From NCBI RefSeq assembly GCF_002608075.1, contig NZ_LAHA01000035.1, positions 14,453-77,333 on the forward strand: 62,881 bases of DNA, in the 5' to 3' direction. Each line of letters starts with the position of its first letter. Position 1 is the stretch's first letter. Shown in pieces: positions 21,862 to 33,045 of this stretch. This stretch comes from Nostoc linckia z4. Its GTDB lineage: Bacteria > Cyanobacteriota > Cyanobacteriia > Cyanobacteriales > Nostocaceae. The position numbers and the translations under genes were made by a program. Below the pieces are notes generated by a model. It searched no databases, had not been told where the DNA came from, and was given only the letters and a program-made list of their open reading frames with translations.

Positions 21862-22761
21862 ATGTGGGACTACACAGATAAAGTATTAGAACTGTTTTAC
21901 AATCCCCAAAACCAGGGAGAAATCGAACAAGTCAGCGAACCTGGTGTTAAGGTTGCAACGGGGGAAGTTGGTAGCATTGCTTGTGGTGATGCTCTGAGAT
22001 TGCACCTCAAGGTTGAAGTAGAATCTGATAAGATTCTGGATGCGCGCTTTCAAACCTTTGGCTGCACAAGTGCCATCGCTTCTTCTAGCGCATTAACCGA
22101 AATGGTTAAAGGTTTGACTTTAGATGAAGCTTTGAAAGTGTCCAATAAAGACATTGCAGATTACTTGGGTGGTTTACCAGAAGCTAAAATGCACTGCTCT
22201 GTCATGGGACAAGAAGCTTTAGAAGCGGCAATTTATAATTATCGTGGCATTCCTTTAGATAGCCACGATGACGATGATGAAGGCGCATTAGTTTGTAGCT
22301 GTTTTGGTATTAGCGAATCTAAGATTCGTCGCGTGATTTTAGAAAATAATCTCACTGATGCCGAACAAGTAACAAATTATGTAAAAGCTGGTGGCGGATG
22401 CGGTTCCTGTCTGGCGAATATTGATGATATTATTAAATCAGTAAGACAAGAAGCAACCGCACCGGATCTCAACAATTACGGCGTAAAAGTTGCCACAGAA
22501 ATTGTTACTTCTAAGGAGCGATCGCTAACCAACGTTCAAAAAATCGCCCTCATTCAAAAAGTTCTCGACGAAGAAGTTAGACCCGTTTTAATTGCAGACG
22601 GAGGAGATGTAGAACTGTATGATGTAGAAGGCGATCGCGTGAAAGTAATTTTACAAGGTGCTTGTGGTTCTTGCTCCAGTAGCACAGCAACCTTGAAAAT
22701 TGCGATCGAAGCCAGATTACAAGATCGTGTCAGCAAAAACCTTGTAGTTGAAGCAGTTTAA
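21862..22761 (+). CDS. nifU: Fe-S cluster scaffold NifU
   Basis: N-terminal IscU-like domain with Cys ligands, central CxxC...CxxC ferredoxin-like region, C-terminal Nfu domain with CGSC. Confidence 0.9.
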   Translation: MWDYTDKVLELFYNPQNQGEIEQVSEPGVKVATGEVGSIACGDALRLHLKVEVESDKILDARFQTFGCTSAIASSSALTEMVKGLTLDEALKVSNKDIADYLGGLPEAKMHCSVMGQEALEAAIYNYRGIPLDSHDDDDEGALVCSCFGISESKIRRVILENNLTDAEQVTNYVKAGGGCGSCLANIDDIIKSVRQEATAPDLNNYGVKVATEIVTSKERSLTNVQKIALIQKVLDEEVRPVLIADGGDVELYDVEGDRVKVILQGACGSCSSSTATLKIAIEARLQDRVSKNLVVEAV

Positions 22762-22769
22762 AAATTCCT

Positions 22770-22789
22770 GTAGAGTTTACGTACTCTAC
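22770..22789 (+). terminator. Stem-loop downstream of nifU
   Basis: Inverted repeat gtagagt-ttacgt-actctac just after the nifU stop. Confidence 0.3.
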
Positions 22790-23042
22790 AAATACGCCCG
22801 AATAAGCATCAGCTAACAACAAAAAGTAGGATTGGACTTGAATAATTGTCTCCACTCAATGTTTTATACCAATTCGTCAACAGAAAGTTCCAGATTGAAA
22901 TCAGCAAATCTAAATCAAATCTTACTTTCTTCATTACGAATTACGAATTGGTATCAGTCCTACTAACAACAGCATATAGGCGAAAATAGTCAAGCGCCTA
23001 ATTGCAAATTCCGTCATTCAACTCGCTTCAAAGGAGACAAAC

Positions 23043-23399
23043 ATGAGTACATTGTACGAAAAAATTGGCGGAAAACCTACTATTGAGAAAGTAGTAGATG
23101 AGCTTCACAAACGCATTCTTGCAGATAACAGCCTCAAGGGTTTTTTCGCTAACACAGACATGGTAAAGCAACGTAATCATCAGATTACTTTCTTTTCTCA
23201 AATATTTGAAGGGCCAAAGGAATACGGCGGCCGTGCGATGGACAAAACCCACACAGGTATGGCACTACAACAGTCACACTTCGATGCGATCGTCAAACAC
23301 CTGAGTGAATCAATGGCTGTAGCTGGAGTATCCGCAGATGATACAAAAGCTGCACTAGATAAAGTCTCGAACTTGAAACCCGCTATTTTGAACAAATAA
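23043..23399 (+). CDS. glbN: Group I truncated hemoglobin (cyanoglobin)
   Basis: 118 aa starting MSTLYEKIGG with a 2-on-2 hemoglobin pattern. It lies between nifU and nifH, as reported for Nostoc commune glbN. Confidence 0.8.
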   Translation: MSTLYEKIGGKPTIEKVVDELHKRILADNSLKGFFANTDMVKQRNHQITFFSQIFEGPKEYGGRAMDKTHTGMALQQSHFDAIVKHLSESMAVAGVSADDTKAALDKVSNLKPAILNK

Positions 23400-23744
23400 T
23401 CGGACTTAAACATCAATTGTTGACGAATATTTAGGTCAATTCCTACTAAGTTTTGGAAGCTGAGACACATGACGACGTATTTGTAAATTGCGTAATCTCT
23501 TAGTCATTAGTCAAATGACTAATGACTAGGACAAAAGACAAATTACCAATAATTATTTAAGCTTACAAGCGTCCGCATTTTTCAGTGGAATTAATCCAAA
23601 ATCCAAAATCTAAAATTGCCTGTCCAAAAGAAAACAAATTTAACGAGGAAGTATATGCAGTTACTTATTTATGTTTTTACTGTGGAGCGATCGCCACCGG
23701 CGATGTTCTACAAACCCTCACAGCCATAGCTCCGACAGGCGTGA

Positions 23745-24692
<948 letters not shown>

Positions 24693-24774
24693 ACTCTGAT
24701 GTAGGAAAAGGGAAAGGAAACAATTGCATAATTTACCTTTTACCTTGTTTCTACCGATTACCTGTATCCCCCAA

Positions 24775-24816
24775 GGGGACTGCAAGTCCCCAACCCCACA
24801 GGGGACGAAGTTCCCC
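24775..24816 (+). promoter_or_regulatory. Two stem-loops in the nifH-nifD intergenic region (ggggactgcaagtcccc; ggggacgaagttcccc)
   Basis: Inverted repeats read directly from the sequence. Intergenic nifH-nifD stem-loops are known in Anabaena, where they are implicated in transcript processing and stability. Confidence 0.4.
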
Positions 24817-24853
24817 TTCCTATCCCCGTTCCTTAGGAGCTAGAGAGGCAAAA

Positions 24854-26216
24854 ATGACTCCTCCAGAAAATCAAAACATCATCGAAGAAAGAAAAGAACT
24901 AATTAAGGAAGTACTAAGCGCTTATCCCGAAAAAGCAGCTAAAAAACGGGAAAAGCACCTAAACGTATACGAAGAAGGTAAGAGCGATTGCGGCGTTAAA
25001 TCTAACATCAAATCTCTTCCTGGTGTAATGACCGCTCGTGGTTGTGCTTACGCCGGTTCAAAAGGTGTGGTTTGGGGCCCTATTAAGGACATGATCCACA
25101 TCAGCCACGGGCCTGTAGGTTGCGGTTACTGGTCTTGGTCTGGTCGTCGTAACTACTACATTGGTACTACAGGTGTAGACACCTTTGGTACCATGCACTT
25201 CACCTCTGACTTCCAAGAACGGGATATCGTTTTCGGTGGTGACAAAAAACTCACCAAACTCATCCAAGAATTGGAAGTTCTTTTCCCTCTCAACCGTGGT
25301 GTTTCCATTCAATCTGAATGTCCCATCGGTCTAATCGGGGATGACATCGAAGCAGTAGCTCGGAACACATCCAAAGAAATTGGCAAGCCAGTTGTTCCCG
25401 TTCGTTGCGAAGGTTTCCGCGGTGTTTCTCAGTCCTTGGGTCACCACATCGCTAACGACATGGTGCGTGACTGGGTGTTCACCAGAGCCGACAAAGAGAA
25501 AAAAGAAGGCAAATTACAATTCGAGTCTACTCCTTACGACGTAGCAATCATCGGTGACTACAACATCGGTGGTGATGCTTGGGCTAGCCGGATTCTGTTA
25601 GAAGAACTGGGCTTGCGCGTAGTTGCTCAGTGGTCTGGTGATGGTACAATCAACGAAATGTTGATGACACCGAACGTGAAGATGAACTTGATTCACTGCT
25701 ACCGTTCGATGAACTACATCAGCCGTCACATGGAAGAAGCTTATGGTATACCCTGGTTGGAGTACAATTTCTTCGGCCCCACCAAGATTGCTGAATCCTT
25801 ACGGGAAATCGCTTCTAAATTTGACTCCAAGATCCAAGAAAACGCTGAGAAGATCATCGCTAAGTATCAGCCCACAATGGATGCGATCGTTAACAAGTAT
25901 CGCCCCCGTTTGGAAGGTAAGACCGTTGCGATGATGGTTGGTGGTTTGCGTCCTCGCCACGTTGTACCCGCTTTCCAAGATTTGGGTATGAAGATGGTCG
26001 GTACAGGTTATGAGTTCGCTCACAACGACGACTACAAACGTACCACCCACTACATCGAAAACGGCACCATCGTTTACGATGACGTAACTGCTTATGAATT
26101 CGAGGAATTTGTAAAAGCACTCAAGCCAGACTTAATTGCTTCTGGTGTGAAAGAGAAGTACGTCTTCCAAAAGATGGGTCTACCCTTCCGTCAAATGCAC
26201 TCCTGGGATTACTCCG
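24854..26216 (+). CDS. nifD: Nitrogenase MoFe protein alpha subunit NifD, 5' segment (interrupted by the nifD element at the GGATTACTCCG repeat)
   Basis: NifD N-terminal sequence ([21 protein letters not shown]...). After ...SWDYS the reading frame runs into element sequence and ends in an aberrant tail ([30 protein letters not shown]). The true C-terminus is encoded at 58716..58855. Confidence 0.9.
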
Positions 26217-26591
26217 AACCTAGCGATGCCTTCTCTTTCAGAGACGCTACCGCGAACGGCGGGCTTCGCCAACGCACTTACAAGTCAATTAAATCAATAT
26301 TTTTTTAGCTATCGGAGAAAAAAGAGCCTATTTCTAGCCTAAATCCAAATTACAAGCTTATTCATTAACAATCTGTTTTAATACTTCAGACAGTATAACT
26401 CTTATGTAATCTGGTTTTTAGATTTGAAAAGCATTTTGCTCCAAGAAAAACTGTTAAATAAAAGACTATTTTAGATGACGATTTTTTAGATTAAATGGCT
26501 AAATTTTTTTGTGTAGCACAAAGACGCAAATAAGAATGCAAAAATTCTGAATTTTTCTAAAGTGTAAGGTAATACTATATGCTGGTCTAAC

Positions 26592-26924
26592 TTAAACTCG
26601 CAATGCATCACGCATAAAAATCACTAATTTTGGAAGTGCCTGAAAAAATTCCTTTTCGTTATTGAATTGGTGAGTTTCAAGAAAGACATTGTTACTTGTA
26701 GATATTTCAATAATTTCCATTACACAAGCTCCTGACTCCCAAACTGTTACTCTACCAAGATGTAATAAACTCTCAAAATCAAGACACATAGCTGAATTAT
26801 CACTAGGTTGACAGTAGGTCAGCGTGTATTTCAGCTGATAAGCAGCAAAACGTGACTTTAATCCTGATTGAAATCTGTCAAAACCTCGTTCTGAGATTAG
26901 TTTTGTTAGTGGATTGATACTCAT
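26592..26924 (-). CDS. Hypothetical protein
   Basis: ORF only; no recognisable motifs. First gene inside the element's left border. Confidence 0.3.
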   Translation of the reverse strand: MSINPLTKLISERGFDRFQSGLKSRFAAYQLKYTLTYCQPSDNSAMCLDFESLLHLGRVTVWESGACVMEIIEISTSNNVFLETHQFNNEKEFFQALPKLVIFMRDALRV

Positions 26925-27014
26925 TTATGATTATAGAAGTTTTCATTTGCTGTGACTATACATTAGTAGCTTCAAGTTAGAATATGATACTTTACACCAA
27001 TTTTTACTTTATCC

Positions 27015-27677
27015 ATGACAATTTTGATCGTAGAAACTCTATGCTCCGAAGCTGCTATATTTTCAGCAACCGAGTCTTTACATCCAGAACCTTTGCTATA
27101 TGGTGTGACTGATGGTAAGGCTGTCGGGACATACTTGGAACAAAAATTTAGACTTTATCTCAAACAGCGATATGAATTTGTAGAGGGTAATTCTGCAAGC
27201 AGTATTGACTTTCCAGGGTTACTTGTAGATGTGAAGGTAACAAGCATTCGACAACCACAATCATCATGTCCTTTCAAATCTGCACGTCAAAAGATATTTG
27301 GGCTTGGGTATTCGCTGCTGATTTTCGTCTACGATAAAACAGACAATAGTACGAACCGCACAGCAACCCTAAATATTTTGCATACTATTTATGTAAGCGC
27401 CGAAAGAACCGCAGATTTTCAGATGACTCGTGCAATTCGCAATATCATAGCAAACGAAGGTAATAAAGATGATTTAATTGCCTTCATGCTCGATCGCAAT
27501 TTACCCGTTGATGAAATTGAGGCAAGCAACATTGCCGATGAAATTATGAGCAATCCACCGGTACAGGGTTTTCTGACTATTTCCAACGCTTTGCAATGGC
27601 GACTCCAGTATGGAAGAGTAATAGAACGTGCTGGTCAAGAAGATGGTATAATTCCTGTTTACAAAATTAATCAATGA
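27015..27677 (+). CDS. Putative PD-(D/E)xK restriction endonuclease
   Basis: IDFPGLLVDVKV fits a D...(D/E)xK nuclease core. Its stop overlaps the start of the downstream methyltransferase-like gene (ATGA), which indicates translational coupling. Confidence 0.4.
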   Translation: MTILIVETLCSEAAIFSATESLHPEPLLYGVTDGKAVGTYLEQKFRLYLKQRYEFVEGNSASSIDFPGLLVDVKVTSIRQPQSSCPFKSARQKIFGLGYSLLIFVYDKTDNSTNRTATLNILHTIYVSAERTADFQMTRAIRNIIANEGNKDDLIAFMLDRNLPVDEIEASNIADEIMSNPPVQGFLTISNALQWRLQYGRVIERAGQEDGIIPVYKINQ

Positions 27678-29116
27678 CTCATACTGCACATAAAACAAAG
27701 ATAGAGTACGGAGATTTCCAGACACCATTAGAATTAGCTAATAAAGTATGTAAAAAGCTAGTTGCACTCGGCATAACACCAGATATTATAGTTGAGCCAA
27801 CGTGTGGAGTTGGTAATTTTATTGAAGCAGCTTTAGATTCATTTCAATCAGTAAATAAAATTTTTGGAGTTGAAATCAATCCCGATTATTTAAATCAAGC
27901 TCAAACAAAAGCTAAATTTGTTAATCATAAAAGAATTGAAATTATATATGGAAATTTTTTTAAATTTGATTGGTCATCAATTATAGAAAAATCAAATCAT
28001 CAAATATTAGTAATTGGTAATTTACCTTGGGTAACAAACTCGCAGCAAGGTAGCATTGATGGAAAGAATTTACCAAATAAGAGTAATTTCCAAAACTATT
28101 CTGGTTTAGATGCAATTACAGGTAAGAGTAATTTTGATATATCTGAATGGATGTTAATTCAAGTTGTGCAATGGCTACAAAAGCGTGAAGGTTATCTAGC
28201 GATTTTATGTAAGAGTTCTGTTGCTAGGAAAATATTAACGTATATTAGTTCTCAAAAATTACATCTTGCTTACTGTGCAACTTACAAAATAGATACAAAA
28301 AAATATTTTGATGCTACTGTTGACGCGTGTTTACTGTTATGTAGATTTGAGTCAAATTCCAAAAATTATTTCTGTGATGTATTCAGTAGCCTTGAAACTT
28401 CTAATTATTATCGAATAGGTTATTGGAATAATGTACTTGTCAGAGATATTATTACATTTGAAAAACTACAAAATCTATACGATAAAAAATCAAAAATAAA
28501 ATGGCGCTCTGGTATTAAGCATGATTGCGCCAGTGTGATGGAGTTTCGCAAAATTAACAACACTCTGATTAATGGATTGGGAGAAGCTGTTGGTATTGAA
28601 GAAACATATCTGTTTCCTTTGCTTAAAGGTTCCTATGTTGCTCAAAATAAAACAAAGGTTACTGATAGATATGTTTTAGTAACTCAAAGATTTGTGGGTG
28701 AATCTATCGAACATATTAAAAATTACGCTCCTAAAACTTGGAACTATCTAGAAGCATATTCACAATACCTCGACAAAAGAAAAAGTAAGATTTATCAAAA
28801 TAACCCTCGATTTTCTATTTTTGGTGTAGGTTCGTATACTTTTGCACCTTGGAAAATTGCAATTTGTGGACTTTACAAAAAATTGGACTTTAGATTGATA
28901 GGTAAGATAGAAGAAAAACCTACTGTTTTTGATGATACAGTTTACTTTATTAGCTTTGATGATGAGAAAATTGCATATAAAACTTTTGAACTTTTGACTT
29001 CTTCAATAGCAAAAGAATTTTATTCGTCTCTAATTTTTTGGGATGAAAAGCGCCCAATCAAGTCTAGTATTTTAAATAAATTAAACTTGGCAGCTTTGGC
29101 AGAAGTATTAATTTGA
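27674..29116 (+). CDS. Putative DNA methyltransferase (gamma-class N6-adenine-like)
   Basis: Motif I-like EPTCGVGNFIEAA near the N-terminus, followed by a motif IV-like GNLPW where NPPY/NPPW is expected. The C-terminal half could be a target-recognition domain. Confidence 0.45.
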   Translation: MTHTAHKTKIEYGDFQTPLELANKVCKKLVALGITPDIIVEPTCGVGNFIEAALDSFQSVNKIFGVEINPDYLNQAQTKAKFVNHKRIEIIYGNFFKFDWSSIIEKSNHQILVIGNLPWVTNSQQGSIDGKNLPNKSNFQNYSGLDAITGKSNFDISEWMLIQVVQWLQKREGYLAILCKSSVARKILTYISSQKLHLAYCATYKIDTKKYFDATVDACLLLCRFESNSKNYFCDVFSSLETSNYYRIGYWNNVLVRDIITFEKLQNLYDKKSKIKWRSGIKHDCASVMEFRKINNTLINGLGEAVGIEETYLFPLLKGSYVAQNKTKVTDRYVLVTQRFVGESIEHIKNYAPKTWNYLEAYSQYLDKRKSKIYQNNPRFSIFGVGSYTFAPWKIAICGLYKKLDFRLIGKIEEKPTVFDDTVYFISFDDEKIAYKTFELLTSSIAKEFYSSLIFWDEKRPIKSSILNKLNLAALAEVLI

Positions 29117-29240
29117 TTATCTAACAAAATTAGATGAAATCATCGGGTAAGAAAGGGTGGCTTCGAGAACATAGATAAAGGCGATCGCAACTGAGAAATT
29201 GCTGCATTCTCACGGTGTACGATCGCCATCAATCGCTAAA

Positions 29241-30779
29241 TCACTGCCCGTTAATCCGAATCAAGTCTGTCAAAATATTATCCAAACTGCCGTTAACTTG
29301 AATGCGATCGATTTTCTCTGCAATGCGTTCTAAAACTTCGAGTTCCTTGAGACGCAAAGCTACAGGGTTATCTTCCATCACTTTGGCAGTGTTTAACATA
29401 CTGCGGGTGGCGGCGGTTTCTTCTCTGCGTCTGACTACGTTTGCTTGAGCAGCTTTTTCGGCTTCGACTACTTTGCTCAAGATTGTCTTAATCTCGCCGG
29501 GTAAGATAATATCTTTGACGCCTACAGAATCTACTTCGATTCCATAGTCGGCGGTTTTTTGGCGGATATATTCAGATATGCTTGTGTCAATTGCACCTTT
29601 ATCTTCTAATAAGGCATCTAAGTTGCGTTCGCCGATCGCACCACGCAATGCAAATTGTAATTCTTTGTATAAGAAGCCGGCAATATCTGACAAGCCGCTT
29701 TTTGCTCTCAAGGGATCGAGGATGCGGAAGCCAGCTGTCAAATTTAACCGCAGAGGTACTTTATCCTTAGAAAGGATATCTTGACCTGATACTTCCATGT
29801 TTTGCAGTCTCAAGTCGATGGTTTCGGTTTGAAAGGAGCGTCCAAATAACCACCAAGCGTGTATACCTGGCGATCGCTGTCCTTGAAACTCTTGATTAAT
29901 ATACAGTAGTCCGGTGTGCTGTGCGGGTACTTGGCATGTATGCAAACAGTTGCGACTGAGCAATTTCACTTCTGCCGAACCTTCAACCAACTCAGCAACT
30001 AAGCGAGGCTCTAACTGAGCATCAGTGCTGATGTCGATAATTTCCACCTCAACACCTTGCCAAAACAGCTTGCGACTTGTGGGTGGTAAAATAGAAATCG
30101 CTTTACCTCGATACCGCACAATTGCAACTTGCCAATTCAGTAATTGTACTGTTTGGCAGTAAGCAGCAATAAAATCTGGATGTTTTTCAATTAGAACATC
30201 TTCTAGAGGAAAGTCTGGGTTAGGAACAATTCGGCTAAGAGTCCGTACTGTAACATCCCGATCCACTGACCAAAAAGCATATTCTCCAGGTTCTAGAGGT
30301 CGCACAAAATCATTTTGTACATACAGTAAACCAATCTCATACTCCGAAATTTGGAACTTTTTCACTCCATTCAAGCTGATTTTACGTAGTTGCTGCACAA
30401 AAGAACTAGGCAATTCTAAACTTTCTTCTAAGTTGAAGACATAAGATTCTACCTCAATAAAACCACGCCAAAAAGCTACCAATTGATTTGGTGCAACGCT
30501 TACCCAATTCTGGCCGTAGCGTACTAAAGCGGCTTGGTTGTATGCGGTTCTGATAATCAGTAAATGTTGTTGCAGTTCAGTCTGATGATTTCGCAACAAC
30601 AGCTCCAGGTTTTCAATTTGAGCTTGTGGCTGGTTGAGGTCATAAGTTTTTACTTGCCAATGACGACCAAAATAAGTATGTGTACCAGGCTGTAAAATTT
30701 TCTGGAAGTCGCTGCGGTGATATAAAATACCGATTTCGTTAGGTTTTATATAAAATGTTTTCCACATAGTAATTTGCAT
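29241..30779 (-). CDS. SPFH/band-7 (stomatin/prohibitin-like) domain protein with three degenerate N-terminal partial repeats
   Basis: C-terminal 170 aa have the SPFH pattern followed by a coiled coil. The N-terminus has three about 110-aa repeats of IG(I/L)LY...DF...L.PG.H.(F/W). Confidence 0.55.
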   Translation of the reverse strand: MQITMWKTFYIKPNEIGILYHRSDFQKILQPGTHTYFGRHWQVKTYDLNQPQAQIENLELLLRNHQTELQQHLLIIRTAYNQAALVRYGQNWVSVAPNQLVAFWRGFIEVESYVFNLEESLELPSSFVQQLRKISLNGVKKFQISEYEIGLLYVQNDFVRPLEPGEYAFWSVDRDVTVRTLSRIVPNPDFPLEDVLIEKHPDFIAAYCQTVQLLNWQVAIVRYRGKAISILPPTSRKLFWQGVEVEIIDISTDAQLEPRLVAELVEGSAEVKLLSRNCLHTCQVPAQHTGLLYINQEFQGQRSPGIHAWWLFGRSFQTETIDLRLQNMEVSGQDILSKDKVPLRLNLTAGFRILDPLRAKSGLSDIAGFLYKELQFALRGAIGERNLDALLEDKGAIDTSISEYIRQKTADYGIEVDSVGVKDIILPGEIKTILSKVVEAEKAAQANVVRRREETAATRSMLNTAKVMEDNPVALRLKELEVLERIAEKIDRIQVNGSLDNILTDLIRINGQ

Positions 30780-31287
30780 AGATAATTTGACCAGATTTAA
30801 TCAAAACATTTATAACCTCGCTGGAAACTAAATACCACCTATAATTCTGGAGTTGACAAACCTATAAATAAAGGTTGAAGGATTTGTTTGAGGTTTTGTA
30901 GTATTATATTACATTTTACTCTGCCGGCGCAGGTGTTTATAGTTTGGGATGCGGGCAAAAGCTTCTCCAGAACTGGATTAAGATTGCTGTTAGTTTTAAT
31001 AGACGGCTCAAAGGCAATCTAGAAAAACAGAACCGCGCTCAAATATGCCGATCGCTTTGCCAATCTAGAATTTCCGAAGTCAAAGCAGATATAGGAAAAC
31101 GAAGGTACATACTCAAGTTGGGGAGAGATTACAGTTGCGCTGGCTCCTTTACTGTTACGAACACCTGCATGACAGAGTACAAAAAACAAAAAGTTTTTTC
31201 ACTGGGTTTTTTTGAATCGCCCAATACATCTAGCTGTGACACTGCCTTGTCCCTAACAAGGTGCCCGTACCCAGGGCAGGGGTTTTT

Positions 31288-31363
31288 TGGCTGAAAGTAT
31301 AGGAATCGAACCTATAATGAATCGGCGATACACCGATCGCTCTACCAAATGAGCTAACTTTCA
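31288..31363 (-). tRNA. tRNA-like element (76 nt, encoded CCA) with a non-canonical anticodon loop (UGUAUCG); probably a pseudo-tRNA
   Basis: Folds by eye into a cloverleaf: acceptor TGAAAGT/ACTTTCA, D arm GCTC-ATTTGGTA-GAGC, T arm ATAGG-TTCGATT-CCTAT. It lacks U33 and a purine at position 37. Confidence 0.35.
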
Positions 31364-31533
31364 TGGTGAAATAGTTGGAAGCATTAAGCGGTATACGCTA
31401 TTACCAGAGGTTGGCGCACCAGTCGGGTATACAGAACCCAAACTATAGCTTTGTGGCTTTGTCGCTATCTCGCTTCAAATTTAGCACAGGAAAAAAATAT
31501 TACAAGGGAACGGGGAAATCGAGGAATTATCGG

Positions 31534-32586
31534 CTATTCTTGCGATTCATATTTTTCTTTGATGCGTTCCACACGCGATCGCAGTTCTGCACCTTTGTTG
31601 GGGTTAATCATTGCTACATAATTTGCAAACCCAGTAATTGCAGCAATTATATTAGGTGAATTGCCCCAATGTTTGCCTGACAAGCCTTCTTGTTCGATTT
31701 GATATAAAGTTGCACGAAAAGCTTTTAATGTCTTTTTAGATATATTTAATTGTGTATTTACAACAACACCTGTTACTTGTTGTTGCACAGATTTACCTAA
31801 AATATTGGTTTTATGAGAATTAACAGTAAAACCTTCACTATTAATAATTAATTTCGCATTTTTAATTAACTTATATCTTCTCTCCGATGCCTGTCCAGAA
31901 GCAGAAAATGTTAAATCATCAGCATAGCGTGTATAGGAAAATTCCAGATTTTCAGCCATTTTTACCATCCGCCGATCGAGATGATAGCAAATTAAATTTG
32001 AAATAACAGGACTGGTAGGCGAACCTTGAGGTAAGTGACGATTTTCTATACTAATATTGTGAGCTTGTTCATGTATTTCTATTTCCGAAGTAGTACAGAT
32101 CAGTGCAAAAATATTCGCTGCAATTCCTGAATAACCACACCCAGAAAATAATTCTTTGACACGTTTGTAGGTAATTGATTGAAAAAAGTTTTGTAAATCA
32201 ATGTGAACTATGACATCAGCACCAACATGAGGTTGAGCGTTGGTGACTATGGAACGATTTTTACAAAAACCATGTGCTGCATGATGAACTTCTAATTTTT
32301 CTAAAATATTTTCTAAAATCCACCTTTGAGCAGCCTTAAGATGGGGTTTGGGTGCAGAAATTAGTCTTTCTCCACCAGTCTTTTTTGAAATTTTGAAATG
32401 GACGTAATGTTTAACTTCAGAACCAGGAAAACTAGATGTCAAAAAACGCAGTTGTCCTGGGTTTATCCCCATTGCACAGGCTATTTCTGCGGCAGAATGA
32501 TATTCAGCTAAACCATGCGATCGCAATACTGCTGAATTACCCTCAATTGCTAGCGGGGTGGTGGTTAAATTTGTGGCGTACATCAT
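31534..32586 (-). CDS. Retron-type reverse transcriptase
   Basis: RT motifs hIDLqnFFqSI, LPQGSPTSP and YADDLTF. The retron-characteristic NAxxH (TNAQPHV) and VTG (QQQVTGVVV) motifs are present. 350 aa with no maturase or endonuclease domain. Confidence 0.65.
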   Translation of the reverse strand: MMYATNLTTTPLAIEGNSAVLRSHGLAEYHSAAEIACAMGINPGQLRFLTSSFPGSEVKHYVHFKISKKTGGERLISAPKPHLKAAQRWILENILEKLEVHHAAHGFCKNRSIVTNAQPHVGADVIVHIDLQNFFQSITYKRVKELFSGCGYSGIAANIFALICTTSEIEIHEQAHNISIENRHLPQGSPTSPVISNLICYHLDRRMVKMAENLEFSYTRYADDLTFSASGQASERRYKLIKNAKLIINSEGFTVNSHKTNILGKSVQQQVTGVVVNTQLNISKKTLKAFRATLYQIEQEGLSGKHWGNSPNIIAAITGFANYVAMINPNKGAELRSRVERIKEKYESQE

Positions 32587-32968
32587 AGCAAAAGATTTTT
32601 GGACTCTGCTAATGCAAGTGTTTACAGTTGAGGTGCGGGCAAAAGTTTCTCCAGAACTGGATTAAGATTGCTGTCACTTTCCCCTGGTGGAAAAAGATAA
32701 CTGCGCTCAAATACACCGTTCTATTTGCCAATTCAAAATCTCCTTAGAGAAATCGATTGTGGAAAACGAAGGGACATACTCAAGTTAAGGAGAAATACAA
32801 TTGCGCTGGCTCCTTGACTGTAGCCATCAAACATCACCTTGGGAGTGATGAGCGACAGCAAAACACTTGCACCGCAGAGTTGAGAAAATGAGAGTCTCGA
32901 ATCTTTTGGGATTCGTACCATATTGGCTACCTTAAAAGGGTAGTGTCTTTTAACCCGGACAGGGTTTT

Positions 32969-33044
32969 TGGCAGAAAGTGTAAGAATCGAACCTACAACA
33001 AATCGATTATGAGTCGATCGCTCTTCCAATTGAGCTAACTTCCT
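32969..33044 (-). tRNA. tRNA(CAU)-like gene (76 nt, encoded CCA); second copy in tandem with the canonical tRNA-Met
   Basis: Cloverleaf by eye: acceptor AGGAAGT/ACTTTCT (one G-U pair); anticodon arm ATCGA-CUCAUAA-TCGAT, identical to the neighbouring tRNA; T arm GTAGG-TTCGATT-CTTAC. Confidence 0.5.
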
Positions 33045-33045
33045 T

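Noticed and set aside
26217-26308. The C-terminal tail of the track's nifD ORF (...[30 protein letters not shown])
   Set aside because: It is read-through into element DNA after the GGATTACTCCG repeat. The genuine NifD C-terminus is at 58716..58855.
30944-31294. 116-aa plus-strand ORF within repeat A
   Set aside because: The region is a near-duplicate of non-coding repeat B, which has no equivalent ORF, and the translation is low-complexity.
31288-31363. Calling the first tRNA-like element a functional tRNA
   Set aside because: The anticodon loop UGUAUCG lacks U33 and a purine at 37. It is retained only as a tRNA-like or pseudo-tRNA structure.
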